A stretch of DNA of 64,000 bases from Gemmatimonadales bacterium (lineage in GTDB: Bacteria > Gemmatimonadota > Gemmatimonadetes > Gemmatimonadales > GWC2-71-9): contig DATBLR010000107.1 in assembly GCA_036555275.1 (NCBI GenBank), forward strand, positions 24,717-88,716, in the 5' to 3' direction. This document shows positions 25,604 through 34,386 of the stretch, piece after piece. Every line of letters begins with the position of its first letter. Positions within the stretch are counted from its first letter, which is position 1. The position numbers and the translations under genes were made by a program. The notes under the pieces are model-generated. The model did no database searches and had not been told where the DNA came from. It saw nothing but the letters and a program-made list of their open reading frames with translations.

Positions 25604-27025
25604 CTAGGCCGCGCCCGGCGTCCAATGCCAGCGCTGGATCATGCGGGTGAGGGTTCGGCGCGAGATGCCGAGCAGGCGCGCGGACTCCTCCCGATTCCCT
25701 CCGGTGGCCGCGAGAACCCGGAACACATGTCGCCGGTCCAGTTCGTCGAGCGTGACCAGCCCCGCGTCCGGCGGAGCGGATTCCCCGGGAATGGTGGCCG
25801 GCAGCGCGGTCGGCCGCGGGGGTGCGGCGCAGGCGCGGAAATTCTCAGGCAGATGCTCCGGTCCGATGACGTCGAGTTCGGCCAGCACCATGGCCCGCTC
25901 CAACACGTTCTCCAGCTCGCGCACGTTCCCGGGCCATTCCCAGGCGAGCAGCAGGGCCTGGGCGGCGGGGTCTATCGCTACCGGGCCGCGGCCGTGGCGG
26001 GCCGCCAGCCGCGTGAGGAAGTGATCGATGAGAAGCGGGATGTCCTGCTTTCGCTCCCGGAGCGGCGGGAGCTGGATCGTCACCACGTTCAGCCGGTAGA
26101 ACAGGTCTTCCCGGAACTTATTGTCTCGTACCATGGCGGCGAGATCGCGATGCGTGGCCGCGATCACCCGGACATCCACTTTCACCGGGGTCTCGGCACC
26201 CACCGGCACGATCTCCTGCTCCTGCAGCACGCGGAGAAGGCGCGCCTGAAGGGCCGGTGAGATGTCGCCGATCTCATCCAGGAAGACTGTTCCCCGGTCG
26301 GCTTCCCGGAAGATGCCGGGACGGTTCGCGACGGCGCCCGTGAACGCGCCGCGCATGTGTCCGAAGAGCTCGCTCTCCAGGAGTCCTTCCGCCAGAGCCG
26401 AACAGTTCACTGCCACCATCCTCCGTTCGGCGCGCTCCGAGAAGCGGTGAATCGTCCGGGCCACCAGCTCCTTCCCGGTTCCGGTCTCGCCCAGGAGCAG
26501 GACCGAGGCCTGGGTGCTCGCTACTCTCGCCACCTGCTTCATGACCGAGATGATGGCCGGACTGTGGCCGACCAGGCTGGCTGTCCCGGCTCCTTCGCCC
26601 GGGGGCGGCGGGGCGGGACGTTCGAGGCGGGCGGTGGCGAAGCGGCGCCGCTCCAGGGCCCGGGCCAGCGTGCCGCGGAGCTCGACCAGATCATACGGCT
26701 TGCTGATGAAGTCATAGGCACCTGCCCGGATCGCCTCGGCCGCGGCTCCCGCGTCGCCGAACGCCGTCAGGACCAGGACCAGCGCCTCCGAATCGCGCTC
26801 CCGAACGGCGGCCAGCAGGTCGAGACCGCTGGCCTCAGGCATCCTGAGATCGGTCAACACCGCATCGAACGGGCCTTCCCGGTCGTAGAAGGCGAGTGCC
26901 TCGCGGACGGAGAGGGCTCGGAAGACCTGGTAGGATTCCCGCTCCAGCACTTCGCCGAGCATGCGGCAGGCTTCCTCATCGTCATCCACCAGGAGCAGGC
27001 GGGGGCGCCTGCCGGCCCCGGTCAT
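25604..27025 (-). CDS. Sigma54-dependent response regulator (REC-AAA+-Fis HTH, NtrC family)
   Basis: GETGTGKEL Walker A, GAFTGA sigma54-contact loop and a C-terminal HTH. Start set at ATG 27025 (ATGA overlap with the kinase stop). Confidence 0.9.
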   Translation of the reverse strand: MTGAGRRPRLLLVDDDEEACRMLGEVLERESYQVFRALSVREALAFYDREGPFDAVLTDLRMPEASGLDLLAAVRERDSEALVLVLTAFGDAGAAAEAIRAGAYDFISKPYDLVELRGTLARALERRRFATARLERPAPPPPGEGAGTASLVGHSPAIISVMKQVARVASTQASVLLLGETGTGKELVARTIHRFSERAERRMVAVNCSALAEGLLESELFGHMRGAFTGAVANRPGIFREADRGTVFLDEIGDISPALQARLLRVLQEQEIVPVGAETPVKVDVRVIAATHRDLAAMVRDNKFREDLFYRLNVVTIQLPPLRERKQDIPLLIDHFLTRLAARHGRGPVAIDPAAQALLLAWEWPGNVRELENVLERAMVLAELDVIGPEHLPENFRACAAPPRPTALPATIPGESAPPDAGLVTLDELDRRHVFRVLAATGGNREESARLLGISRRTLTRMIQRWHWTPGAA

Positions 27026-28494
27026 CCAGCCCTCGGCGGGGGCAAGGTCAGTCTCCATCGGGTCCCCTTTTCAGTCGGTACATACGCCAGCTCTCCACCC
27101 AGCCTTCGGGCGAGGCCACGACTTACGGCAAGTCCAAGGCCGGTTCCGGCCTGGCCCTTCGAGGTGACAAACGGCTGAAACAGCTGGCTGCGGGCTTCCG
27201 GGGAAAGCCCGGGACCGTCATCGGCGACCTCGATGAAGACCTGGGCATCCTCCCGGCCGGTGGAAAGCGTGATCCGGCCGCCGGGTGACAGGGCCTCGAT
27301 CGCATTCTTGAGGAGATTGAGCAGGACCTGGTCGACCAGGTCGGGATCGGTCTCCGCCACCAGCGTGCTATCCTTGGCGGGCACCACCTCGGCTGTCACG
27401 CCGGCGCTGGTCAGGGAGGGCTCCAGAAAACGCAGCATCGCGGCGGCGCGGGCGCGGAGGTCGGTCGGGATTGCCCGCGGCTGTGGCCACGCGGCGCGAC
27501 CCAGCCCGCCTCGTACGATCGTCGCCACCCGGTCCAGCTGGGCAAGAACCAGGGCGACCCGTTCCGCGGCAGCAACGTCGCCGGTGCGACGCAGGTCCTC
27601 CTTCAGCAGCTGCAGATGGCCGTTGGTAGTGCTCAGCGGGGTCCCGATCTCATGGGCAAAGCTCGCGGCGATCTCTTCTGTCTGGGCCTGGCGATCCAGT
27701 TCCCGGGCCCGCTCTCCCAGCGCCAGCAGTCCTGCCCGCGCCGCACTCTCCTGCTCCCGGGCCGCCAGTGCCGCACGCAACTCGTTGTATCCGCGAGCGA
27801 CGGCTCTGAACTCCCGTGGCCCGACCTCCCGAGCGACCGGCCCGCTTTCCGCTCCACCGTGGGCACCCTGCATCGCCCGCAGTAATGACCGGAGGGGAAC
27901 GCCCACCCACCGGCTGGTGAGAATTCCCACCCCGATCGAAAGCAGAATGGCGGCGGCCAGCGCGAAGCTATAGGCCCGTCGCCGTTCCTGGCGGGCCCAG
28001 TCCTCCAGCCGGCCGGTGTCCACTCTCACATCCAGCACCGCGCGCCACCGAGCCCCTCCCAGCGGCACGGCCACTTGCCAGGCAGGATGAGGTGATTCCC
28101 GGAACTGCACCCCGACCACGCTAAGCTCCAGCGCATCGGCATCGAAGTCGTCCGCCGCCCGGGTCACGGTGCTATCGCTCGCGGCCGCGAGCAGCAACTG
28201 GTCTCCTTGCCGGAGGAACACCGCCGCGGTCGTCTCGGTCAGATGCCGGCGGCTCCACTGGTTGACGCCGACTCTGAGCGCGCTCGGATCTCCGGTCGGC
28301 GCGATTCGGGTGAGATACGCGGCGAGTGTGGTGGCGAGATCCACCGATTCCTTGCGCAGGTCCTCAAGCCGCGAGCGCTCCGCCAGAGACAGCGTCAGTT
28401 CGGTTGCGCCGGCAACCAGCAGGACGGCGAGGAGCGCCGTGATCGCCGCGAGTCTGCGGGGAAGGGCAAGCTGCCGGATGACGGAAACGGGCAC
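27022..28494 (-). CDS. Sensor histidine kinase (2 TM, HAMP, HisKA, HATPase_c)
   Basis: 490 aa. H-box SFAHEIGTPL, N-box LLNLLKNAIEA and G2 GTGLGLAVS. Confidence 0.88.
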   Translation of the reverse strand: MPVSVIRQLALPRRLAAITALLAVLLVAGATELTLSLAERSRLEDLRKESVDLATTLAAYLTRIAPTGDPSALRVGVNQWSRRHLTETTAAVFLRQGDQLLLAAASDSTVTRAADDFDADALELSVVGVQFRESPHPAWQVAVPLGGARWRAVLDVRVDTGRLEDWARQERRRAYSFALAAAILLSIGVGILTSRWVGVPLRSLLRAMQGAHGGAESGPVAREVGPREFRAVARGYNELRAALAAREQESAARAGLLALGERARELDRQAQTEEIAASFAHEIGTPLSTTNGHLQLLKEDLRRTGDVAAAERVALVLAQLDRVATIVRGGLGRAAWPQPRAIPTDLRARAAAMLRFLEPSLTSAGVTAEVVPAKDSTLVAETDPDLVDQVLLNLLKNAIEALSPGGRITLSTGREDAQVFIEVADDGPGLSPEARSQLFQPFVTSKGQAGTGLGLAVSRGLARRLGGELAYVPTEKGTRWRLTLPPPRAG

Positions 28495-28573
28495 TCGGAA
28501 CGCCTTCTCAGGGGTCGGGGAGGGTAAACTTATACGCGGGTTTCCTGGTCTCGCACGCGCCGATCATTCGTCC

Positions 28574-29137
28574 ATGAGCGACCTGCAGCCATTTCTCTCC
28601 CAGCACGGCCTGGTGGCGCTGTTCTTCGTTGCCACCGTGGAGGGGGACGTGAGCCTCCTCGTCGCCGGCGTGCTCGCGCACCTGGGTGTCCTGCCTCTGC
28701 CGGGCGCGATGGTCGCCGGTGGCTTGGGCAACCTGGCCGGCGATTCCGTCTGGTTCACCCTCGGACACCTGCATAGCGAGCGGATCCGATCGACCCGCTT
28801 CTACCGCGCCGTTGGCCCCCGGATCGAACGACTGACCCGGAGACTCGGCCCCTGGCAATTGCTGGCGGCCAGGGTGGTGTACGGCACGCGCAACGCCAGC
28901 ATGCTCTTCTGGGGTCAGTTGCGGCTGCCGGTTACCCGCTTCCTCGCCATCGATGCCCTGGGATGCGCGATTGCCGCGGCAGGCTTCACCTTGCTGGGGT
29001 ACGCCGTGGGCCAAGGCACCGAGGCCCTCACCGGTGAGTTGCGGCGGATCGAGCACTGGCTCCTGCTGGCGCTTGGGGCCGGGATGGTCTTGGTCTGGGG
29101 AATCAGCCACCTGGTTCGCCGCAAGCTCAGGGCCTAG
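28574..29137 (+). CDS. DedA/SNARE-associated family membrane protein
   Basis: ORF 28169..29137 trimmed to ATG 28574 (MSDLQPFLSQHGLVALFFVATVEGD...). The upstream part is antisense to the kinase gene. Confidence 0.75.
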   Translation: MSDLQPFLSQHGLVALFFVATVEGDVSLLVAGVLAHLGVLPLPGAMVAGGLGNLAGDSVWFTLGHLHSERIRSTRFYRAVGPRIERLTRRLGPWQLLAARVVYGTRNASMLFWGQLRLPVTRFLAIDALGCAIAAAGFTLLGYAVGQGTEALTGELRRIEHWLLLALGAGMVLVWGISHLVRRKLRA

Positions 29138-29167
29138 CGCTCAGGTACCGTAGCCGGCACCTCAAAG

Positions 29168-29196
29168 TTGCGTAGGTGCTTCGCCCATGTGAAGTT
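29168..29196 (+). promoter_or_regulatory. Weak promoter candidate TTGCGT-N17-GAAGTT. It would place the TSS at ATG 29203, making meaB leaderless.
   Basis: Hexamers read directly. The -10 is poor. Confidence 0.25.
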
Positions 29197-29202
29197 ACAT
29201 TC

Positions 29203-30243
29203 ATGGTACCATCACATCTCGTGGCCGACCTCAAGGCCCGCAGGACCCCAGCGGTCGCGCGGGCCATTTCGCTGGTCGAGAACGCCAGGCCTGGCTTCGA
29301 GGAGCTACTTTCCACCATCCACTCCACCCTCGGGCACGCCCAGAGGATCGGAATTACCGGCCCCCCTGGGGCAGGCAAATCCACCCTGACCGGGCAGCTG
29401 GTCCAGGCGTTGCGCGCCCGGGGCCTGACAGTTGCGGTCGTAGCGGTCGATCCCACCAGCCCGTTCACCGGCGGGGCCGTCCTGGGGGACCGGATCCGTA
29501 TGGAGTCGGTCGCTCTGGACCCCGGGGTGTTCATCCGCTCCATGGCGACCCGTGGCTCGCTGGGGGGGCTGGCGACGACCACCCGCGAGGTCTGCGATGT
29601 CCTGGATGCCGGCGGCTTTGACCGGATCCTGATAGAGACGGTGGGGGTTGGCCAGTCGGAGCTCGACGTAGCTCAGAGCGCGGATTCCACCGTCCTGGTG
29701 CTGGTCCCGGAATCGGGCGACGGCATCCAGACCCTGAAATCCGGGGTGATGGAAATCGGCGACATCTTCGTGGTCAACAAGGCGGACCGCCCAGGTGCCG
29801 ACCGCCTGCGCCAGGAGATCGAGATCACTCTTGGAATCCGGAGCGGTACGACCTTTCGGCATGTCCGGCCCCACCACGGCGCGCGATCGACCGACGAGGG
29901 CCGGGTCGCCGAGCCAGCGAGCCGCCGAGCGGTCGAATGGAAGCATCCGGTGCTCGCCACCGTCGCCGCCAGGGGTGAGGGCACCGTCGAACTGGTAACG
30001 GCGCTGGATCTTCACCATGAGTACCTGACGGCGTCGGGAGAGCTGATCGAACGGCGACGGCGCCGTATGTACCAGCGTACCCGCGAGGTGGTGAATCGCG
30101 CGACCCGACAGTGGATCTGGCAGGAAACCGGCGCGGAGCAGGTGATTCGCGATCGCATGGACGACGTAGTCGCAGGACGGCTCAGCCCCTACGAGGTGGC
30201 GGCCGAGGTGCTGGATGCACTCAAGCAGGGGTCTCGGGTATGA
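29203..30243 (+). CDS. meaB: Methylmalonyl-CoA-mutase-associated G3E GTPase (MeaB/ArgK)
   Basis: [10 protein letters not shown]-loop, ETVGVGQSE and VVNKAD. An alternative GTG start lies at 29176. Confidence 0.9.
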   Translation: MVPSHLVADLKARRTPAVARAISLVENARPGFEELLSTIHSTLGHAQRIGITGPPGAGKSTLTGQLVQALRARGLTVAVVAVDPTSPFTGGAVLGDRIRMESVALDPGVFIRSMATRGSLGGLATTTREVCDVLDAGGFDRILIETVGVGQSELDVAQSADSTVLVLVPESGDGIQTLKSGVMEIGDIFVVNKADRPGADRLRQEIEITLGIRSGTTFRHVRPHHGARSTDEGRVAEPASRRAVEWKHPVLATVAARGEGTVELVTALDLHHEYLTASGELIERRRRRMYQRTREVVNRATRQWIWQETGAEQVIRDRMDDVVAGRLSPYEVAAEVLDALKQGSRV

Positions 30244-31952
30244 CGATTTCCGAGCCGGACGCGGTGAAAACGCTGGCGGAGCGTGTGGAAGCCCAGGCAC
30301 AGGAGCTGGAGCGGCTCCGCGCCGAGGTCGCGCGCTGGCGCCGGGAGGTGGCCGCCCTGCCGGTGCGCGACGAGGTGGAGTTCACCAGCATCTCGGGACG
30401 CGGCCTGCAGCCCGTGTACACGGCGCTGGATCTGCCGGAGCACCATGCTGTTGCGTCCGGGCTGCCAGGGGAATTCCCCTATCTTCGGGGCATCCATCCG
30501 ACGATGTACCGCGGGCGGCTGTGGACCATGCGACAGTTCGCCGGCTTCGGCACGGCGAAGGACACCAACGCGCGTTATCACTTTCTGCTGGCCCGCGGTC
30601 AGACCGGGCTGTCGGTCGCCTTCGATTTCCCCACCCTGATGGGATACGACTCCGATCATCCGCGTGCCGAAGGGGAGGTCGGGAAGTGCGGGGTCGCCAT
30701 CTCCAGCCTGAAGGACATGGAAGACCTGTTCGAGGGCATCCCGCTCGATCAGGTATCCACCTCCATGACGATCAACGGGCCCGCGGCGATCGTGTTCTGC
30801 TTCTATGTCGCGGCGGCCGAGCGCCAGGGCGTGGACCCGAGCCGGCTCCATGGCACGATCCAGAACGACATGCTGAAGGAGTACATGGCACAGCATGCTT
30901 GGATCTTCCCGGTGGAACCGGCCCTCAAGGTGATCGTGGACCTGTTCGAGTGGGGCTCGGCCCATACCCCGAAGTGGAACACCATCTCGATCTCTGGCTA
31001 TCACATTCGGGAAGCGGGAGCCAGCGCGGCTCAGGAGCTGGCCTTCACCCTGGCCAACGGCTTCTGCTATGTGGAACACGGCATCGCCCGGGGGCTGGAC
31101 GTGGACAGCTTTGCGCCCCGGCTCTCGTTCTTCTGGGATGTCCACAATGATTTCTTCGAGGAGATTGCCAAGCTGCGGGCCGCGCGGCGGATCTGGGCCC
31201 GCACCATGCGGGACCGGTACGGCGCCCGCAATCCGCGCAGCTGGCAGATGCGGTTCCACTGCCAGACCGCGGGCGTCTCCCTGACCGCCCAGCAGCCCCA
31301 CAACAACATTGTGCGCGTCGCGTACCAGGCGCTCGCTGCGGCGCTCGGGGGCACCCAGTCCCTGCACACCAACGCGCTCGACGAAACGCTCGCCCTGCCG
31401 ACCGAAGAATCGGTTCGCATTGCCCTTCGGACCCAGCAGATCCTGGCCTACGAGACCGGCTTGCCGAACGTCGCGGATCCCCTCGGCGGGTCGTACTATG
31501 TCGAAGCATTGACGGACGGCCTGGAGCGCGAGGCTGCTGGGCTGTTCGCCGAGATCGAGGCCCAGGGCGGCGTGGTCCCGGCGATCGAGTCGGGCTGGTT
31601 CCAGCGGCAGATTGCCCAGTCCGCGGCCCGGTTCCAGAGCGAGATGGAGGCACACCGGCGAATCATTGTCGGGGTGAACGAGTTTGTCGAAGATGGGGAG
31701 CCGCCGGTCGAGATCCTCCGGGTGGGCAACGCGGCCGAAGCGCAGCAGCGCGAACGGATGGCTGCCTTGCGCGCCTCCCGGGACGGCGCCCTGGTGGACG
31801 CCCGGCTCGAGACTTTGCGTCAGGCGGCTCTGGAAGGGCGCAACCTGATTCCCGCGATGCTCGACTGTGCTCGCGCCTATGCCACTCTGTACGAGATCCG
31901 GCACGTGCTCGAACGAGTGTACGGGACGTACCGGGAACCGGTGTTTTTCTAG
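30240..31952 (+). CDS. Coenzyme-B12-dependent acyl-CoA mutase, large (substrate-binding TIM-barrel) subunit; substrate class unresolved
   Basis: ORF 30111..31952 trimmed to ATG 30240 (ATGA overlap with meaB), 570 aa. Blocks [40 protein letters not shown] and [12 protein letters not shown]. No B12-binding domain. Confidence 0.9.
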   Translation: MTISEPDAVKTLAERVEAQAQELERLRAEVARWRREVAALPVRDEVEFTSISGRGLQPVYTALDLPEHHAVASGLPGEFPYLRGIHPTMYRGRLWTMRQFAGFGTAKDTNARYHFLLARGQTGLSVAFDFPTLMGYDSDHPRAEGEVGKCGVAISSLKDMEDLFEGIPLDQVSTSMTINGPAAIVFCFYVAAAERQGVDPSRLHGTIQNDMLKEYMAQHAWIFPVEPALKVIVDLFEWGSAHTPKWNTISISGYHIREAGASAAQELAFTLANGFCYVEHGIARGLDVDSFAPRLSFFWDVHNDFFEEIAKLRAARRIWARTMRDRYGARNPRSWQMRFHCQTAGVSLTAQQPHNNIVRVAYQALAAALGGTQSLHTNALDETLALPTEESVRIALRTQQILAYETGLPNVADPLGGSYYVEALTDGLEREAAGLFAEIEAQGGVVPAIESGWFQRQIAQSAARFQSEMEAHRRIIVGVNEFVEDGEPPVEILRVGNAAEAQQRERMAALRASRDGALVDARLETLRQAALEGRNLIPAMLDCARAYATLYEIRHVLERVYGTYREPVFF

Positions 31953-31967
31953 CGTGGGCTTTCGTAA

Positions 31968-32096
31968 CTGGTACCGGGTACCGCGTATCGCGTACCGGTT
32001 CCCGTGGGGCATATACCGGATGCCCGGTCGCCGCATATCGGTCGATTCCTTACCCGTACTCGGTACGCGGTACTGGGTACTCGGCACCAGGTACTC
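31968..32096. repeat. Array-hairpin element, GGTACCG class, between the mutase large subunit and the eRF1-like gene
   Basis: ct ggtaccg ggtaccg cgtatcg cgtaccg g - 54-nt spacer - ccgtact cggtacg cggtact gggtact cggcacc aggtact c. Ends 14 nt before ATG 32111. Confidence 0.85.
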
Positions 32097-32110
32097 ACCC
32101 AGATTCCAGA

Positions 32111-33262
32111 ATGAATCCCGACATCACCAAACTGCTGGCGAAGCTGACCCGGCTCCGGACCGACGATCACCGCATCGTCACCTGTTATCTCAAGATCGAG
32201 CCGCGCGATCGGGCCCGGGGCAAATATCTGATCAAGCTCAAGAACCGGATCCGCGAGGTCGAACACGCGCTGGACCGGCTCGACTTCCCCCGGCAGGTGC
32301 GCGAGGAGGTGAGCGCGGATCTGCGCCGGATTCACGATCAGCTGCGGGAGCCGGCCCGACTGCCCGGAACCCAGGGACTGGCCATTTTCGCCTGCGGGCC
32401 GCTGAAGCTGTTCGAGCTGGTGGGACTCCCCAGTGTGCACCGCTCCCGTCTGGCCGTGGAACGCACCCCGCTGGTGCGGGAGCTGGCCTCGGTGGAGGAC
32501 GAGATCGGCACCCTGCTCACCGTGGTACTGGATCGGACGGCCGGGCGGATCTTCGAGGTGACCGCTTTCGGCGCCGCGGAGCTGGATGGCATCCGGTCCA
32601 ACAGCACCCGCGGCGGCCGCTTCCACAGCGATCGGGCGGACGCTCCTGGCAAGGGCGAGCACACCTACCACAACCGAATTCGCGAAGAGAAGCAACGGCA
32701 CTTCGCCACCATCGCCGAACGGCTGTTCGAGCTGCATCGGCGTCGGCCGGTGCACGGGGTCGTGCTGGCGGGTCCGGGCCGGGAAGCGGGCGCCGTCGCG
32801 GCTTTCCTGCACCCCTACCTCGCGGACCGTTTGATGGGGGTCGTGAGTTTGAACCCGAAGGAGGCCCGGGCCGCCGTCGTGCACACGGCGACGCTCGCCA
32901 CCCGGGCCGAGTTCGAGCGCGAGTCGGAGCGCTCCATTGTCCTGGGCCTGGAGGGTGCGCTCGGAGAAGGTTGGGCGGTGGATGGGGTGGAGGACACCCT
33001 GCGGGCGCTGAGTCGGGGACAGGTGCGGACCCTGCTGGTGGACGGTGATGCCCAGGCTTCCGGATTTCATTCGGCGACGTCCGGCCGAATCGCCGCCCGT
33101 GAGGCCGAGTTGCGCGCCGAGGGTGAGGTCTATCCGGTGCTCGATCTGATAGACGAGGCCATCGAGGAGGCGCTGCGCCAGCGGGTCGAAGTCGAGGTCC
33201 TCTACGACACCGCCGCCCGCGGTGTGATCCACACGCTGGCGGGCCTGCTGCGCTTCCGGTGA
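32111..33262 (+). CDS. eRF1/Pelota-fold protein (bacterial baeRF-type release-factor-like), GGQ loop replaced by GGR
   Basis: 383 aa. STRGGRFHS...HNRIREEKQRHFATIAERLF..VHGVVLAGPG and VDGVEDTLRALSRGQVRTLLV parallel eukaryotic eRF1 [31 protein letters not shown] and [20 protein letters not shown]. Confidence 0.75.
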   Translation: MNPDITKLLAKLTRLRTDDHRIVTCYLKIEPRDRARGKYLIKLKNRIREVEHALDRLDFPRQVREEVSADLRRIHDQLREPARLPGTQGLAIFACGPLKLFELVGLPSVHRSRLAVERTPLVRELASVEDEIGTLLTVVLDRTAGRIFEVTAFGAAELDGIRSNSTRGGRFHSDRADAPGKGEHTYHNRIREEKQRHFATIAERLFELHRRRPVHGVVLAGPGREAGAVAAFLHPYLADRLMGVVSLNPKEARAAVVHTATLATRAEFERESERSIVLGLEGALGEGWAVDGVEDTLRALSRGQVRTLLVDGDAQASGFHSATSGRIAAREAELRAEGEVYPVLDLIDEAIEEALRQRVEVEVLYDTAARGVIHTLAGLLRFR

Positions 33263-33942
33263 CATTTCGGGCGGTCATTTTCGACGCGGGCAACACGCTG
33301 CTTTTCCTCGACTATGCCCGGCTGGCCCCCGCGATGGCGGTGGCGACGGGGGTGCCCCTCACCGCAGCCGGGCTCGAAGCCCAGGCCCGTGCCGCGGCCC
33401 TCGCGCTGGAGCGGAGCGATGGCACCGATCGGGAACGTGCTTCCCGCTATCTCGAGACGCTGTTCCGCCTGGCCGGTGTGCCGGAGGGTCACACCGACGT
33501 AGTGCGTGAGACCCTGTTCGCCCTGCACCGGGAAAAGCACCTGTGGGGCGGCCTCAAACCGGGCACCCGCGAGGCCTTGGATCGGCTGCGTGAAGCGGGC
33601 TACCGGCTGGCCGTGATCTCCAACAGCGACGGCCGGGCCGAGGAAGCGCTGGTCGCAGCCGGGCTCCGGGACTGCTTCGAGCTGGTAATCGACTCCGAGT
33701 TGGTTGGGTTTGAGAAGCCCGACCCACGCATCTTCCACGTCGCGCTGCGGCGCATGGGGCTTGGCCCCGCCGATGTGCTGTACGTGGGGGACATCTACGA
33801 GGTGGACGTCATCGGGGCCCGCCGGGCGGGCATGGATGTGGTGCTGCTTGATCCGCTCGACAAGCACCCGAGCCGCGATGTCCGTACTGCGCGAACCCTC
33901 ACCGAGGTCGTGGAGATGGTCCTGCACGGAAGGAGCGGATAG
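33259..33942 (+). CDS. HAD-superfamily hydrolase (subfamily IA)
   Basis: 227 aa. Motif I VIFDAGNTLL, motif II VISNSD, motif IV YVGDIYEVDVIGA. GTGA overlap with the preceding gene. Confidence 0.8.
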   Translation: MTFRAVIFDAGNTLLFLDYARLAPAMAVATGVPLTAAGLEAQARAAALALERSDGTDRERASRYLETLFRLAGVPEGHTDVVRETLFALHREKHLWGGLKPGTREALDRLREAGYRLAVISNSDGRAEEALVAAGLRDCFELVIDSELVGFEKPDPRIFHVALRRMGLGPADVLYVGDIYEVDVIGARRAGMDVVLLDPLDKHPSRDVRTARTLTEVVEMVLHGRSG

Positions 33943-34377
33943 ATGGTCGCCACAGTCGCTCGCAAACCCCGCGCACGCCCGATTCGGGTCCTGGTCGCCA
34001 AGCCCGGTCTGGACGGGCATGACCGGGGGGCCAAGGTGGTCGCCGCGGCGCTTCGCGATGCGGGTATGGAAGTGATCTATACCGGGCTGCACCAGACCCC
34101 GGAGATGATTGCCACCGCTGCGGTGCAGGAAGACGTGGACGTGGTGGGGCTGTCGATTCTCTCCGGGGCCCATATGACCCTGTTTCCCAGAGTCCGCCGG
34201 CTGCTCGACGAAGCCGGCCGCACCGACCTCCTGCTTACGGGCGGCGGGATCATCCCCCGCGAGGACATGGAGGCGCTGGAGCAACAGGGCGTGGGCAAGC
34301 TGTTCGGCCCCGGTACCCCGACGGGAGACCTGGTGAGCTATATCGAGTCCTGGGCCGCCCAGCATCTCACCAGCTGA
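33943..34377 (+). CDS. Acyl-CoA mutase small subunit (B12-binding domain)
   Basis: 144 aa. [19 protein letters not shown] (DxHxxG base-off/His-on motif) and GGGIIP. Starts on the nucleotide after the HAD stop. Confidence 0.9.
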   Translation: MVATVARKPRARPIRVLVAKPGLDGHDRGAKVVAAALRDAGMEVIYTGLHQTPEMIATAAVQEDVDVVGLSILSGAHMTLFPRVRRLLDEAGRTDLLLTGGGIIPREDMEALEQQGVGKLFGPGTPTGDLVSYIESWAAQHLTS

Positions 34378-34386
34378 GGGCGGCCG

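Noticed and set aside
28547-28560. GG-N10-GC (tGGtctcgcacgcGCc) upstream of dedA as a sigma54 promoter for the adjacent NtrC-type regulator.
   Set aside because: Only the minimal dinucleotides match and there is no TTGC at -12. The implied TSS would fall on the dedA ATG. Such matches are frequent by chance in GC-rich DNA.
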